Notes: generated from the sequence alone by a model not told the origin. 64,000 bases of DNA from Chloroflexota bacterium (GCA_016875735.1 VGOW01000015.1:2311-66310); one strand, 5' to 3'. Positions 9,585-17,844 are shown, counted from the stretch's first letter. Numbers and translations: made by a program.

Positions 9585-9959
9585 ATGGCTGACGATACTG
9601 AAGATGATGAGCTGCTCGAAGAGCAGGAGGAGACACAGAAGGGCGAGGCCAAACCCAAAAAGCGCGACGCGGCGAACAAGGATGGTAATGAGACGTTCAT
9701 GCCCGCGCCGCTTACGCTGGAAGCGGCGCAGGCAATCGCCCGGCTGTTGCCGATCTTTGCCACGCTGGTGGTGATGGCTCTCAGCACACTCGCCAGCGTC
9801 GATCCCATCATCATCGGCGCGCGGGCCGTCGTCACATTGATTGTGACCGGGCTCTTCAGTTGGGTCTTCACGTATTTGTATGCCCACTTCTTCTTGTGGC
9901 TCATGGCCAAACCCAAACAGGCCGAAGCCGTGACGAGCACGAAATCGTGGGAAGCGTGA
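9585..9959 (+). CDS. Hypothetical membrane protein with acidic N-terminus, in the position usually held by flhG
   Basis: 124 aa. 'MADDTEDDELLEEQEETQKGEAKPKKRD' followed by 2-3 hydrophobic helices. Has a Shine-Dalgarno (GGTGAGGAG). No P-loop. Confidence 0.5.
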   Translation: MADDTEDDELLEEQEETQKGEAKPKKRDAANKDGNETFMPAPLTLEAAQAIARLLPIFATLVVMALSTLASVDPIIIGARAVVTLIVTGLFSWVFTYLYAHFFLWLMAKPKQAEAVTSTKSWEA

Positions 9960-10040
9960 AGAAGCGAATAGCGGATGGCGAATAGATACCATTGCCATTT
10001 ACTACTTACTCTGACTTCTGACTACTGATTACTGCCTCCC

Positions 10041-10820
10041 GTGTCCACCCTCTCCGACGACAACGCCCTCTGGGCAAACTTTTTAGCAAGCCGCGATCCG
10101 GCCCTGCGCGAAGAAGCGATTCTGCGTTACGTGCCGTTGGTGCGCTACGTGCTGGGCCGCTTGGGTGTGGAGCCGGGGGGCGAATACGAAGACCTTGTGA
10201 GTCAGGGGTTGCTCGGCTTGATCGATGCAGTGGACAGATATGATCCTTCGCGCGGCACCGTTTTCAGCACCTATGCCACGCATCTCATCCGGGGCCGCGT
10301 GCTCGACGGACTCCGCTCGCTCGATCTGCTTTCGCGCCCGGCCCGCCGCCGCGTGCGCCAACTCCAGGCGGCGATGGCCGAACTTCAACAGCGTTTTGGC
10401 CGCCCGCCCGAAGAAGCCGAGGTGGCCGACTTCATGGGTTTGGAGATGAAGGCTCTCCAGCACACATTGGCCGACGCCGGGCGAGTCATTCTCTCGCTCG
10501 ACGCCAGCGAAGGCGACGACGAGAAGCCTGACCTGCACGAAACACTGGCCGACCCCGGCGACGACATGATCGACAGCCTCACCGAAGGCGACCTGCGCTC
10601 CGAACTCATGCAAGCCATTTCCGGGTTGCCGCTCCGCGAACAACAAATTCTCTCGCTGTACTATCGCGACGAGTTGACCATGAAAGAAATCGGCGAAGTA
10701 CTCAACCTCTCAGAATCACGCGTGTGCCAAATCCACGCCCGCTGTGTGCTGGCCCTCCGCTCGGCGATGGAGTTGCTCGACGCGCGTTCAGTGTCGGCTG
10801 AAACGGAGTTGTTGAGATGA
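10041..10820 (+). CDS. fliA: Flagellar sigma factor FliA/SigD (sigma-28)
   Basis: 259 aa, GTG start. Region 2 'YVPLVRYVLGRL...LVSQGLLGLIDAVDRYDPSRGTVFSTYATHLIRGRVLD', region 4 'REQQILSLYYRDELTMKEIGEVLNLSESRVCQIHARCVLALR'. Confidence 0.9.
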   Translation: MSTLSDDNALWANFLASRDPALREEAILRYVPLVRYVLGRLGVEPGGEYEDLVSQGLLGLIDAVDRYDPSRGTVFSTYATHLIRGRVLDGLRSLDLLSRPARRRVRQLQAAMAELQQRFGRPPEEAEVADFMGLEMKALQHTLADAGRVILSLDASEGDDEKPDLHETLADPGDDMIDSLTEGDLRSELMQAISGLPLREQQILSLYYRDELTMKEIGEVLNLSESRVCQIHARCVLALRSAMELLDARSVSAETELLR

Positions 10821-11260
10821 CGGAACGAATCGGCGCAAGCGATCTGCTTCGGGACACCGCTTACTTCGTGTCGCTGGCCCGCCGCGCCGCGCTCACATCC
10901 GATGACCCGGCGGTGCGCGAAAAGGCGATGCGACTCGGCCCGGTGGCGCGCGAACTGAAGGAAATCGCCAACGGCCAACCGCGCGATCTTGCCGCCGCCC
11001 CCGCACCCGTTGCCGCGCCGAAACCTTCGGCCAACGCGCCCGTTCCTCCCGCCGCCGCGGCCTCCGATTTTCGGACTCTGATCGATGCCGCCGCCCAAAA
11101 GCGTGAGCCTGCCGCCGCGCTCCGAAGCGACTCGCTAGATCGCACCACCGTTGCGCTGAGCATGGCGCAGGGCGGCGCGAACGGTATTGAGATCGCCAAA
11201 TCGCTCGGCATGACTCGCGGCGAAGTCGATCTTATCCTCAGCATTGCGAGGCAAAAATGA
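10817..11260 (+). CDS. Hypothetical protein translationally coupled to fliA (C-terminal HTH-like segment)
   Basis: ATGA overlaps at both ends (with the fliA stop and the next gene's start). 147 aa with an Ala/Pro-rich linker and C-terminus 'GGANGIEIAKSLGMTRGEVDLILSIARQK'. I recognise no family with confidence. Confidence 0.5.
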   Translation: MTERIGASDLLRDTAYFVSLARRAALTSDDPAVREKAMRLGPVARELKEIANGQPRDLAAAPAPVAAPKPSANAPVPPAAAASDFRTLIDAAAQKREPAAALRSDSLDRTTVALSMAQGGANGIEIAKSLGMTRGEVDLILSIARQK

Positions 11261-11865
11261 AAACGAAAACGATTCAATCATTCGCGCTTGCTCTCCTCCT
11301 CTTGTTAGCCATTGCGCCGTGGGTCTCGGCCAACGGCAACAATCAAGTGATCTTCCTCACCTTTCTGCCCGACGTGTCGAACTTCGGCAATCAATCGGCG
11401 TCGGGCATCGCCATCGTGGATTTGCACACGGGCGAAGTGTCGGTGCAGGCCACCAGCCTCACGCCAGTGAGCGGGAGCGCCTATCACGTTTGGCTCGCTG
11501 GACCCAATCTCTCTGGCGCGGTGCATATCGCCTCGCTGACGAGCGACGGCCACTTGCCCACCACCATTACTCAATTGCCATCGCAGGAATATCGATACAT
11601 TCTTCTCACATTGGAAGCCGATGGCGAAGCGCCCTCGGCGCCCGGTGAGAAACGATCTCTGGCGGGAGTCTTTCCCAATTCCGAGGCCCTCGCCCCCGTG
11701 GAAGGTGTGGGCAGCAGCGGGCAGGCCGTGGTCACCGATCCGCCCAAGTCGCAATTGCCGAACACGGGCGCAATCATTCCCGACCGCTGGTTATGGGCGG
11801 GCGCGGGTGTGCTGGCCGTGCTTGCGGTAGTGGCGGCGGGCGCGGTCATTGTCAAACGGAGGTAA
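11257..11865 (+). CDS. Secreted, sortase-anchored (LPXTG) protein with RskA-C-like extracytoplasmic domain
   Basis: Signal peptide 'MKTKTIQSFALALLLLLAIAPWVSA'. 'SAYHVWLAGPNLSGAVHIASLTSDG...YRYILLTLEADGEAPSAPGEKRSLAGVF' resembles the anti-sigma-K RskA C-terminal domain. C-terminal sorting signal: LPNTG (11755..11769), hydrophobic stretch, then KRR. Confidence 0.7.
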   Translation: MKTKTIQSFALALLLLLAIAPWVSANGNNQVIFLTFLPDVSNFGNQSASGIAIVDLHTGEVSVQATSLTPVSGSAYHVWLAGPNLSGAVHIASLTSDGHLPTTITQLPSQEYRYILLTLEADGEAPSAPGEKRSLAGVFPNSEALAPVEGVGSSGQAVVTDPPKSQLPNTGAIIPDRWLWAGAGVLAVLAVVAAGAVIVKRR

Positions 11866-11867
11866 CA

Positions 11868-12623
11868 ATGGTTCGAGGTTTTTATTCGGCGGCGTCGGCG
11901 TTGCTGGCCGGGCTGTTCCGCCAAGAGTTGCTCTCGCACAATATCGCCAACATCAACTTGGCCGGATACAAATCGCTCAACACCAGCATGGATGAGTTCG
12001 AGCCAAAACTGTTGTCGCGTATGCCCGGCGTGTCGATGCCCGGCACGGTGGGCGTTGAAGTGGGGCAGACGAGTTTGGGCGTGGCGCCCATCGGCACGGA
12101 GACATATTTCGCCGAAGGCTCACTGCGCGACACCAAACAGCCTTTCGATCTGGCGATCAACGGTGACGGATTCTTTCGGATATCGACTCCGAATGGCGAG
12201 CGTTTCACTCGCGACGGGCGTTTCACTCGCGATGAGAACGGCAACTTGGCGACGGTGGACGGATACTTGTTGCTAGGGGTTGACGGCCAGCCCGTGGTCG
12301 TGCCGCAGGGCGAAACGGCCATCGACGCCGACGGCGTCATCCGAGTGGATAATCAAGCCGGAGATCAAATTGCGCTGGCGGCGTTCGCCAACCCCGTCAC
12401 CGATCTTCAACGGGACGGCGCCAACACCTTTGCCGCGCTCGGCGAGGCCACAGCCTCCACCGCCGCCATTCGGCAGGGGATGCTGGAAATGTCGAATGTG
12501 GATGCCTCGCGCACGATGGCGCAGATGATCTCGGTTGCCCGGGCGTACGAAGCCGCTCAACGCGCCGTGCAATTGCAGGACGAGATGACGGGCAAAGCCG
12601 TCAACGAAATCGGGCGGCTGTAA
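11868..12623 (+). CDS. flgF: Flagellar rod protein (FlgF-like)
   Basis: ATG 11868 after GGAGG. 'MVRGFYSAASALLAGLFRQELLSHNIANINLAGYK' and C-terminal 'MISVARAYEAAQRAVQLQDEM' rod/hook family motifs. Confidence 0.8.
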   Translation: MVRGFYSAASALLAGLFRQELLSHNIANINLAGYKSLNTSMDEFEPKLLSRMPGVSMPGTVGVEVGQTSLGVAPIGTETYFAEGSLRDTKQPFDLAINGDGFFRISTPNGERFTRDGRFTRDENGNLATVDGYLLLGVDGQPVVVPQGETAIDADGVIRVDNQAGDQIALAAFANPVTDLQRDGANTFAALGEATASTAAIRQGMLEMSNVDASRTMAQMISVARAYEAAQRAVQLQDEMTGKAVNEIGRL

Positions 12624-12635
12624 AGGATGTGAGTC

Positions 12636-13400
12636 ATGACAACCACCGCGCTCACCGCGCTTCATGTTAGTGTGTCGGCCATGCTGGCCCGGCAGTTCGA
12701 GATGGATGTGATCTCGAACAACCTCGCCAATGTGAATACCACTGGCTACAAACCATCGCGGGCCGACTTTCAAGAATTGTTTGTCGAAGGCGTTCCCGAC
12801 AACCGATCCACCACGCCCTATCGCGGCACGGGGCCGGGCGTCACCCGGCGATCCACGTTGCCGGGCGCTCTCGCTCCGGCCAGCTCGCCGCTGGAGATGG
12901 CGATTGAGGGCGATGGCTTCTTTGCCGTGACTCAGCCCGACGGCACAACGGCGTACACGCGCGATGGGCGCTTTCTTCAGGACGGCGCCAATCAATTGGT
13001 GACGGTGACCGGCCAGCCGGTGGTGTGGGATGGAGCGCTTCCGCAAGAGGCCGAAGCCCTGCACGTCAATGTGGATGGCACGGTGATGGCCAGAGCGAAC
13101 GGGCAATGGACTCAGGTGGGCGCCATCGCCGTGTTTCGCTTCGACAACCCCGGCGGCCTTTTGGCGGCCGATGACAATCTGCTGGTGGTGTCGGAAGCGT
13201 CGGGCGATCCGGCGCAGGGGGTGGGGGGGCAGAATGGGTTCGGGCGAATCATCTCCGGCGCCACCGAGAACTCGGCCATCGATTACGCCGAAGAAGTCAC
13301 TTCGATGATTCTGGCTCAACGGGCCTACACAATGTCCATCAAAGCCTTTCAGCAGACGGATGAGATGATGGGTATGGCAAACCGCCTGCGAAGCGGATAA
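12636..13400 (+). CDS. flgG: Flagellar distal rod protein FlgG
   Basis: 'DVISNNLANVNTTGYKPSRADFQELF' and C-terminal 'IDYAEEVTSMILAQRAYTMSIKAFQQTDEMMGMANRL'. Confidence 0.85.
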   Translation: MTTTALTALHVSVSAMLARQFEMDVISNNLANVNTTGYKPSRADFQELFVEGVPDNRSTTPYRGTGPGVTRRSTLPGALAPASSPLEMAIEGDGFFAVTQPDGTTAYTRDGRFLQDGANQLVTVTGQPVVWDGALPQEAEALHVNVDGTVMARANGQWTQVGAIAVFRFDNPGGLLAADDNLLVVSEASGDPAQGVGGQNGFGRIISGATENSAIDYAEEVTSMILAQRAYTMSIKAFQQTDEMMGMANRLRSG

Positions 13401-13417
13401 AGGCTGTGTGAATTGAT

Positions 13418-13444
13418 GAAAGTTTTACGCGGGAGAGCCGATAA
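13418..13444 (+). promoter_or_regulatory. Sigma-28 (FliA) type promoter for flgM-flgN-flgK...
   Basis: GAAAGTTT-N11-GCCGATAA against the enteric/Bacillus consensus TAAAGTTT-N11-GCCGATAA. Lies 54 nt upstream of the flgM ATG. Confidence 0.65.
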
Positions 13445-13497
13445 CGTAAAAGGTTGCAAACCGCCTGTTTGTTGTTAAAAAAGGAGATCGCACAAAC

Positions 13498-13800
13498 ATG
13501 AAAATTAACGGCTCACTCGACCCTCGCCTCAACGGTTCGGCTGGCGCCAGCGGCGCGGAAAGCGCCCAGAGCGTTGACGCGCGCCGCGCCGAAAAGGCCG
13601 CCGAAACGAAACGGCAGAACGCGGATCACGCCAGCCTTTCGGAGCGGGCGCGGCTGTTGCAGCGGGCGCGCACCGCGCTGGAAGCCTCCTCCGATGTGGA
13701 TTATGAGCGCGTGAACAAGGCGCGCGAAGCGGTGACCAACGGCACATACAAGATCGACCTCCGCTCACTGGCAGACAAACTGATGAGTCTGGTGAAGTAG
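13498..13800 (+). CDS. flgM: Anti-sigma-28 factor FlgM
   Basis: 100 aa. C-terminal 'DVDYERVNKAREAVTNGTYKIDLRSLADKLMSLV' matches the FlgM sigma-binding region. AAGGAG Shine-Dalgarno. Confidence 0.8.
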   Translation: MKINGSLDPRLNGSAGASGAESAQSVDARRAEKAAETKRQNADHASLSERARLLQRARTALEASSDVDYERVNKAREAVTNGTYKIDLRSLADKLMSLVK

Positions 13801-13803
13801 GCG

Positions 13804-14310
13804 ATGACAACCCCGTTTCTTTCAACCATCGAAGAAACACTATTCGCCGAGTTGCGAATCTTGCAGACACTGGTCAGCCTCACCGAGAAAGAACGGGCGG
13901 CATTGCAGGCCGATGATGTTGATTGGCTCGCTACCGTGCTTGAGCAAAAGGACATACAGATGAACGATCTCAACCGGTTGGAAACCGCGCGAGAACTGGC
14001 TATCGGCGATTGGGCGCGCGCCGAAGGCCTGGAAGTGGAGCCGCCTCTCACGCTCGACTTGGCGCTGGCGCAACTGGATCGGGCCTCTGCCCGCCGACTG
14101 CGCAGTGTGCGCGACGGCATTCTGGCGCATTTGGATCGAGTGCGCTCGCTCGGAGTTGCCAACCGTTTGCTGGTGAACACTGCGCTGGAGCGCAACGCCG
14201 CTGTTCGCGCCTTCCTTGTGCATATGGTGTCCGGCGGCGATACCTATGGCCCCGCCGGAATTGTTCACCCGCACGGACCAGTGAGCAACCTGATGGAGTG
14301 GAGCGGTTAG
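13804..14310 (+). CDS. flgN: FlgN-like export chaperone
   Basis: 168 aa helical protein, 'LRILQTLVSLTEKERAALQADDVDWLATVLEQKDIQMNDLNRLE', in the conserved flgM-flgN-flgK position. Confidence 0.6.
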   Translation: MTTPFLSTIEETLFAELRILQTLVSLTEKERAALQADDVDWLATVLEQKDIQMNDLNRLETARELAIGDWARAEGLEVEPPLTLDLALAQLDRASARRLRSVRDGILAHLDRVRSLGVANRLLVNTALERNAAVRAFLVHMVSGGDTYGPAGIVHPHGPVSNLMEWSG

Positions 14311-14346
14311 CGGCCTGCTGTAACGGACTGCCGCAAGGATGCGACG

Positions 14347-15756
14347 ATGACAACGATATTCTCCGGCCTCAACTTGGCTCTGCGCGCGATGCTGGCTCAT
14401 CAGCAAGCGCAGTTGGTGACCGATCACAACATCTCCAACGTCAATACGCCCGGCTACACACGCCAAGAGGCCGTCCTCGCCACCGCCGCCCCCTACACTC
14501 GCAACGCTTTCAACAGGCCCGAGACCGGTTTGCAGTTGGGCATGGGCGCGTATGTGTCGAGCATTCGCCGCTTCACCCTCGACTTCTTCGACCGCCGCCT
14601 GCGCGAAGAAATTGCCTCCACCGCCGATTGGGGCGAGCGATCACAAATCCTTCAGCAGATCGAATCTGTTCTGCACGAATCCGAAACCTCCGGGCTGGGG
14701 CGCCAACTCAACCAATTCTGGAGCGCGTGGCAGAATCTCAACAATGATCCGGCCAGCATGGTCGCTCGCGGCGCCGTCATCAGCTCGGCTGAAGCCCTCA
14801 CCCAAACCATCCACGATCGCCATGTGGCGCTGGATGCGATGCGCCGCGATGAAGACGCCCTCATCGGCTCGCTGGTCGGCGACATCAACACAAAGGCCAA
14901 CGCCATCGCCGGACTCAATATCCAAATCATCAATGCCATCGGCGCGGGGGATAACCCCAACGATCTTCTCGACCGGCGAGATGTGCTCCTCAACGAACTG
15001 GCCGAAGTCGCTGGCACCACCGTGCACTTCGAACCGAACGGCGACGCCTATGTTTCGCTGGGCGGCCATATCCTTGTGGCCACCGGCAAAACTCAAACGC
15101 TGAGCACCGCCCCCGACGGCGCGAACCCGGGCATGTCCAAAGTGGTGTGGGCCGACGGCACGGACGCGATCATCCGAAACGGGCGCATTGCCGGAGCCGT
15201 TGATGCGCGGGACACCGACATTCGCTCGCGCATGACGGCCCTCGACACGTTGGCCTCCGCACTCATCACTCAAGTCAATGACATTCACAACGCCGCCTTT
15301 GGCCTCGACGGCAGCAACGGCCGCCTTTTCTTTTCCGGAAGCACTGCCACCGACATCGCCGTGAGCTCGGCGCTGGCCGCCAACCCCACCCTCATCGGCG
15401 CGGCGCAATCCGCCGCCACCATTCCCGGCGACGGAAGCCAAGCGCTGGCGATTGCTCAATTAGGCAATGCCTTGGTGATGTCGGACGGCACGCGCACCAT
15501 GAACCGCTATTGGGCCGACACCATTGCGCAACTCGGCCTCGACACCCAACGGGCCGATTACGAAAGCGAGAATCATAAAACCGCCCGCGAGGCTATGGAG
15601 AGACAAAAGCAATCGGTCACCGGCGTGTCGCTCGACGAAGAGGCGGCTCGGCTGGTGCAGTCGCAACGCGCCTACGAAGCCGCCGCGCGCGCCCTGACCG
15701 CCTTCGATCAAATGGCCGACACTATCATCAATCGAATGGGAATTGTGGGCAGATGA
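14347..15756 (+). CDS. flgK: Hook-associated protein 1 FlgK
   Basis: 'LVTDHNISNVNTPGYTRQEAVLA' N-terminus and 'SVTGVSLDEEAARLVQSQRAYEAAARALTAFDQMADTIINR' C-terminus. Confidence 0.9.
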   Translation: MTTIFSGLNLALRAMLAHQQAQLVTDHNISNVNTPGYTRQEAVLATAAPYTRNAFNRPETGLQLGMGAYVSSIRRFTLDFFDRRLREEIASTADWGERSQILQQIESVLHESETSGLGRQLNQFWSAWQNLNNDPASMVARGAVISSAEALTQTIHDRHVALDAMRRDEDALIGSLVGDINTKANAIAGLNIQIINAIGAGDNPNDLLDRRDVLLNELAEVAGTTVHFEPNGDAYVSLGGHILVATGKTQTLSTAPDGANPGMSKVVWADGTDAIIRNGRIAGAVDARDTDIRSRMTALDTLASALITQVNDIHNAAFGLDGSNGRLFFSGSTATDIAVSSALAANPTLIGAAQSAATIPGDGSQALAIAQLGNALVMSDGTRTMNRYWADTIAQLGLDTQRADYESENHKTAREAMERQKQSVTGVSLDEEAARLVQSQRAYEAAARALTAFDQMADTIINRMGIVGR

Positions 15757-16967
15757 CGTTGACAGACTCGATTTCGACTATGGCAAGATTCTTACCGATT
15801 ACTCCCATCTCCAGCGCTCAATCTCTCGTGCCCCCGCTGGAGAAGCATCTGGTGCGGGGAGCAGACGAGGAAAGCGGCCGCGTGCTCATTGTGGACGACG
15901 ACACCGACGCGCGGGCATGGCTCTCCGATCTGCTCGCGGCCGAGGGCTACCGTTGCGATGGCGCAAGCGAAAGCCAAGACCCGTTGAACTGCATCAACGA
16001 ACTTACGGCGTTGGTGATTTTGGATTTGCACTCGCCTGCCATGTACGGAATGGAACTGCTCCGGCGCATCACAATGGAGCATCCCGGCATTGCCGTTCTC
16101 GTCGTGGGCGGGCAGGGCGATGTAGCGGTGGCCGTGCGGGCCATGCGGTTGGGCGCATATGATTTTGTGCCGCGCCCCTTCTATCCCGACGATTTGATCC
16201 TGCGCGTTCAACGCGCCTTCGCATGGCGGCGGCTCATTGTGCGCAACCATCTTTATCAGCACGAGCTTGAGTCGGCCATCGAGCTTCAACGCGAAGCGCT
16301 CACGCTGGCGCTCGGCGAACTCCGGCGCACCTATCAAGCCACGCTCGAAGCCCTCACCGGCGCGCTCGACCTGCGCGACAAAGAAACGGAGGGCCACTCG
16401 CGCCGCGTCACCGAATACTCCACCGTGCTCGCCCGAGCCATGAACGTGGACGACGACGCCCTTGACGTGATCCGGCAGGGCGCGTTACTGCACGACGTGG
16501 GAAAGATCGGCATCCCCGATTCGGTGCTGCACAAACCGGGGCCGCTCACCACCGAGGAATGGGCGCTGATCAGAAAGCATCCGCAGATCGGATACGATCT
16601 GCTCAAGGGCATCGGCTTCCTCAGTGAAGCCGTCTCCACCATCGTGCTGAGACACCATGAGCGATACGATGGAACCGGCTACCCCGATGGACTGCGGGGA
16701 AACGACATTCCGTGGGGAGCGCGAATCTTCGCCGTGAGCGACACGCTCGACGCCATCACCGCCGACCGGGTGTACCGCAAAGGGAGATCTTTGGCGGTGG
16801 CTCGCGCCGAGATCAGCCGCCTCTCCGGAAAGCAATTCGATCCCAAGGTTGTCGAAGCCTTCATGTCCATCCCCGATCAAACGTGGTACACCATCCAAAA
16901 CGCGGTGGCAATTCTGTGCTCGCGGATGCAAGGAGTGAACTATGCGCATTACCGATCGCATGATTAG
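15753..16967 (+). CDS. Response regulator with canonical HD-GYP c-di-GMP phosphodiesterase domain
   Basis: REC: 'RVLIVDDDTDA...LVILDLHSPAMYGMELL...YDFVPRPF'. HD-GYP: 'HSRRV','LLHDVGKIGIP','HHERYDGTGYPDGLRGNDIPWGARIFAVSDTLDAITADRVYRKG'. ATGA overlap with the flgK stop; the 3' end overlaps the flgL start by 26 nt. Confidence 0.85.
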   Translation: MTLTDSISTMARFLPITPISSAQSLVPPLEKHLVRGADEESGRVLIVDDDTDARAWLSDLLAAEGYRCDGASESQDPLNCINELTALVILDLHSPAMYGMELLRRITMEHPGIAVLVVGGQGDVAVAVRAMRLGAYDFVPRPFYPDDLILRVQRAFAWRRLIVRNHLYQHELESAIELQREALTLALGELRRTYQATLEALTGALDLRDKETEGHSRRVTEYSTVLARAMNVDDDALDVIRQGALLHDVGKIGIPDSVLHKPGPLTTEEWALIRKHPQIGYDLLKGIGFLSEAVSTIVLRHHERYDGTGYPDGLRGNDIPWGARIFAVSDTLDAITADRVYRKGRSLAVARAEISRLSGKQFDPKVVEAFMSIPDQTWYTIQNAVAILCSRMQGVNYAHYRSHD

Positions 16968-17844
16968 CGACGACACGATGGCTAACGTGGCGCGCAACAA
17001 AGAGCGGCTGGCTGAACTGCAAGCGCAAGCCTCTTCCGGCAAACGGATCATCGATCCGCATGATGATCCGGCGGGCGCAGGGCAAGTGCTCAGCCTCCGG
17101 ACGTCGCTGGCCGCCAATGAAACGTATCTTCGCAACATTCACTCGTCGAAAGAGTGGCTCTCGGCCACCGAGTCGGCGCTGCAAAATGTGGTGACGGTTT
17201 TGCAGCGCGCGTTGAGCAATGCGCGGCAGGACGCGAGCGACAACGAGCGCGCGACGCTGGCCTCTCACGTTGACGGCTTGATCGACGATGCGCTCACGCA
17301 GTTCAACGCCCGCTACCGCGATGCCTATCTGTTCGCCGGTTTTCAGACTAATACCCAACCGTTCGTCACGGTTGGCTCGCCCGTGACGGCAGTGAATATG
17401 GCCGGAGCGCCTCCGGCGAGCAACGGCGTGCGCACGGTTGAGATGGAGCGCGGGCAAACGGTGGCGGTGAATGTGGTGAACGACGCCGCCGGCCAGTTTG
17501 GCGCGTTTGCCTCGAATGTATTCAATGCGCTGATCACTCTGCGCGATGATCTGAATGCCAACAACGTGAATGCGATCGGCGCAGATATTGCGACTCTGCA
17601 AACTGCGTTGGACGGCGTGACGGCGGTGATTGGCGACATCGGCGCACGGCAACAACGCCTCACCGACGCCCGCACCCGGCTGGAGCGCGTGCAGCTCGGG
17701 TTGCGCGATTTTCTCAACCGCACCGAAGACGCCAATCTGGCCGAGACCATTATGCATTTGAGTGAGCAAGACACCGTTTATAAGGCGTCGTTGCGGGCGG
17801 CGGCTCAAATCGGCCGCACCAACCTATTCGACTTTCTGAGGTGA
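16942..17844 (+). CDS. flgL: Hook-associated protein 3 FlgL
   Basis: 'MRITDRMISDDTMANVARNKERLAELQAQASSGKRI' and C-terminal flagellin-like 'EQDTVYKASLRAAAQIGRTNLFDFL'. Confidence 0.85.
   Translation: MRITDRMISDDTMANVARNKERLAELQAQASSGKRIIDPHDDPAGAGQVLSLRTSLAANETYLRNIHSSKEWLSATESALQNVVTVLQRALSNARQDASDNERATLASHVDGLIDDALTQFNARYRDAYLFAGFQTNTQPFVTVGSPVTAVNMAGAPPASNGVRTVEMERGQTVAVNVVNDAAGQFGAFASNVFNALITLRDDLNANNVNAIGADIATLQTALDGVTAVIGDIGARQQRLTDARTRLERVQLGLRDFLNRTEDANLAETIMHLSEQDTVYKASLRAAAQIGRTNLFDFLR

Noticed and set aside
9585-9959. Whether the ORF after flhF could be a divergent FlhG/MinD ATPase.
   Set aside because: It is only 124 aa, has no Walker A/P-loop, and is predicted membrane-embedded. 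It is not an FlhG homolog (see the finding on the missing flhG).
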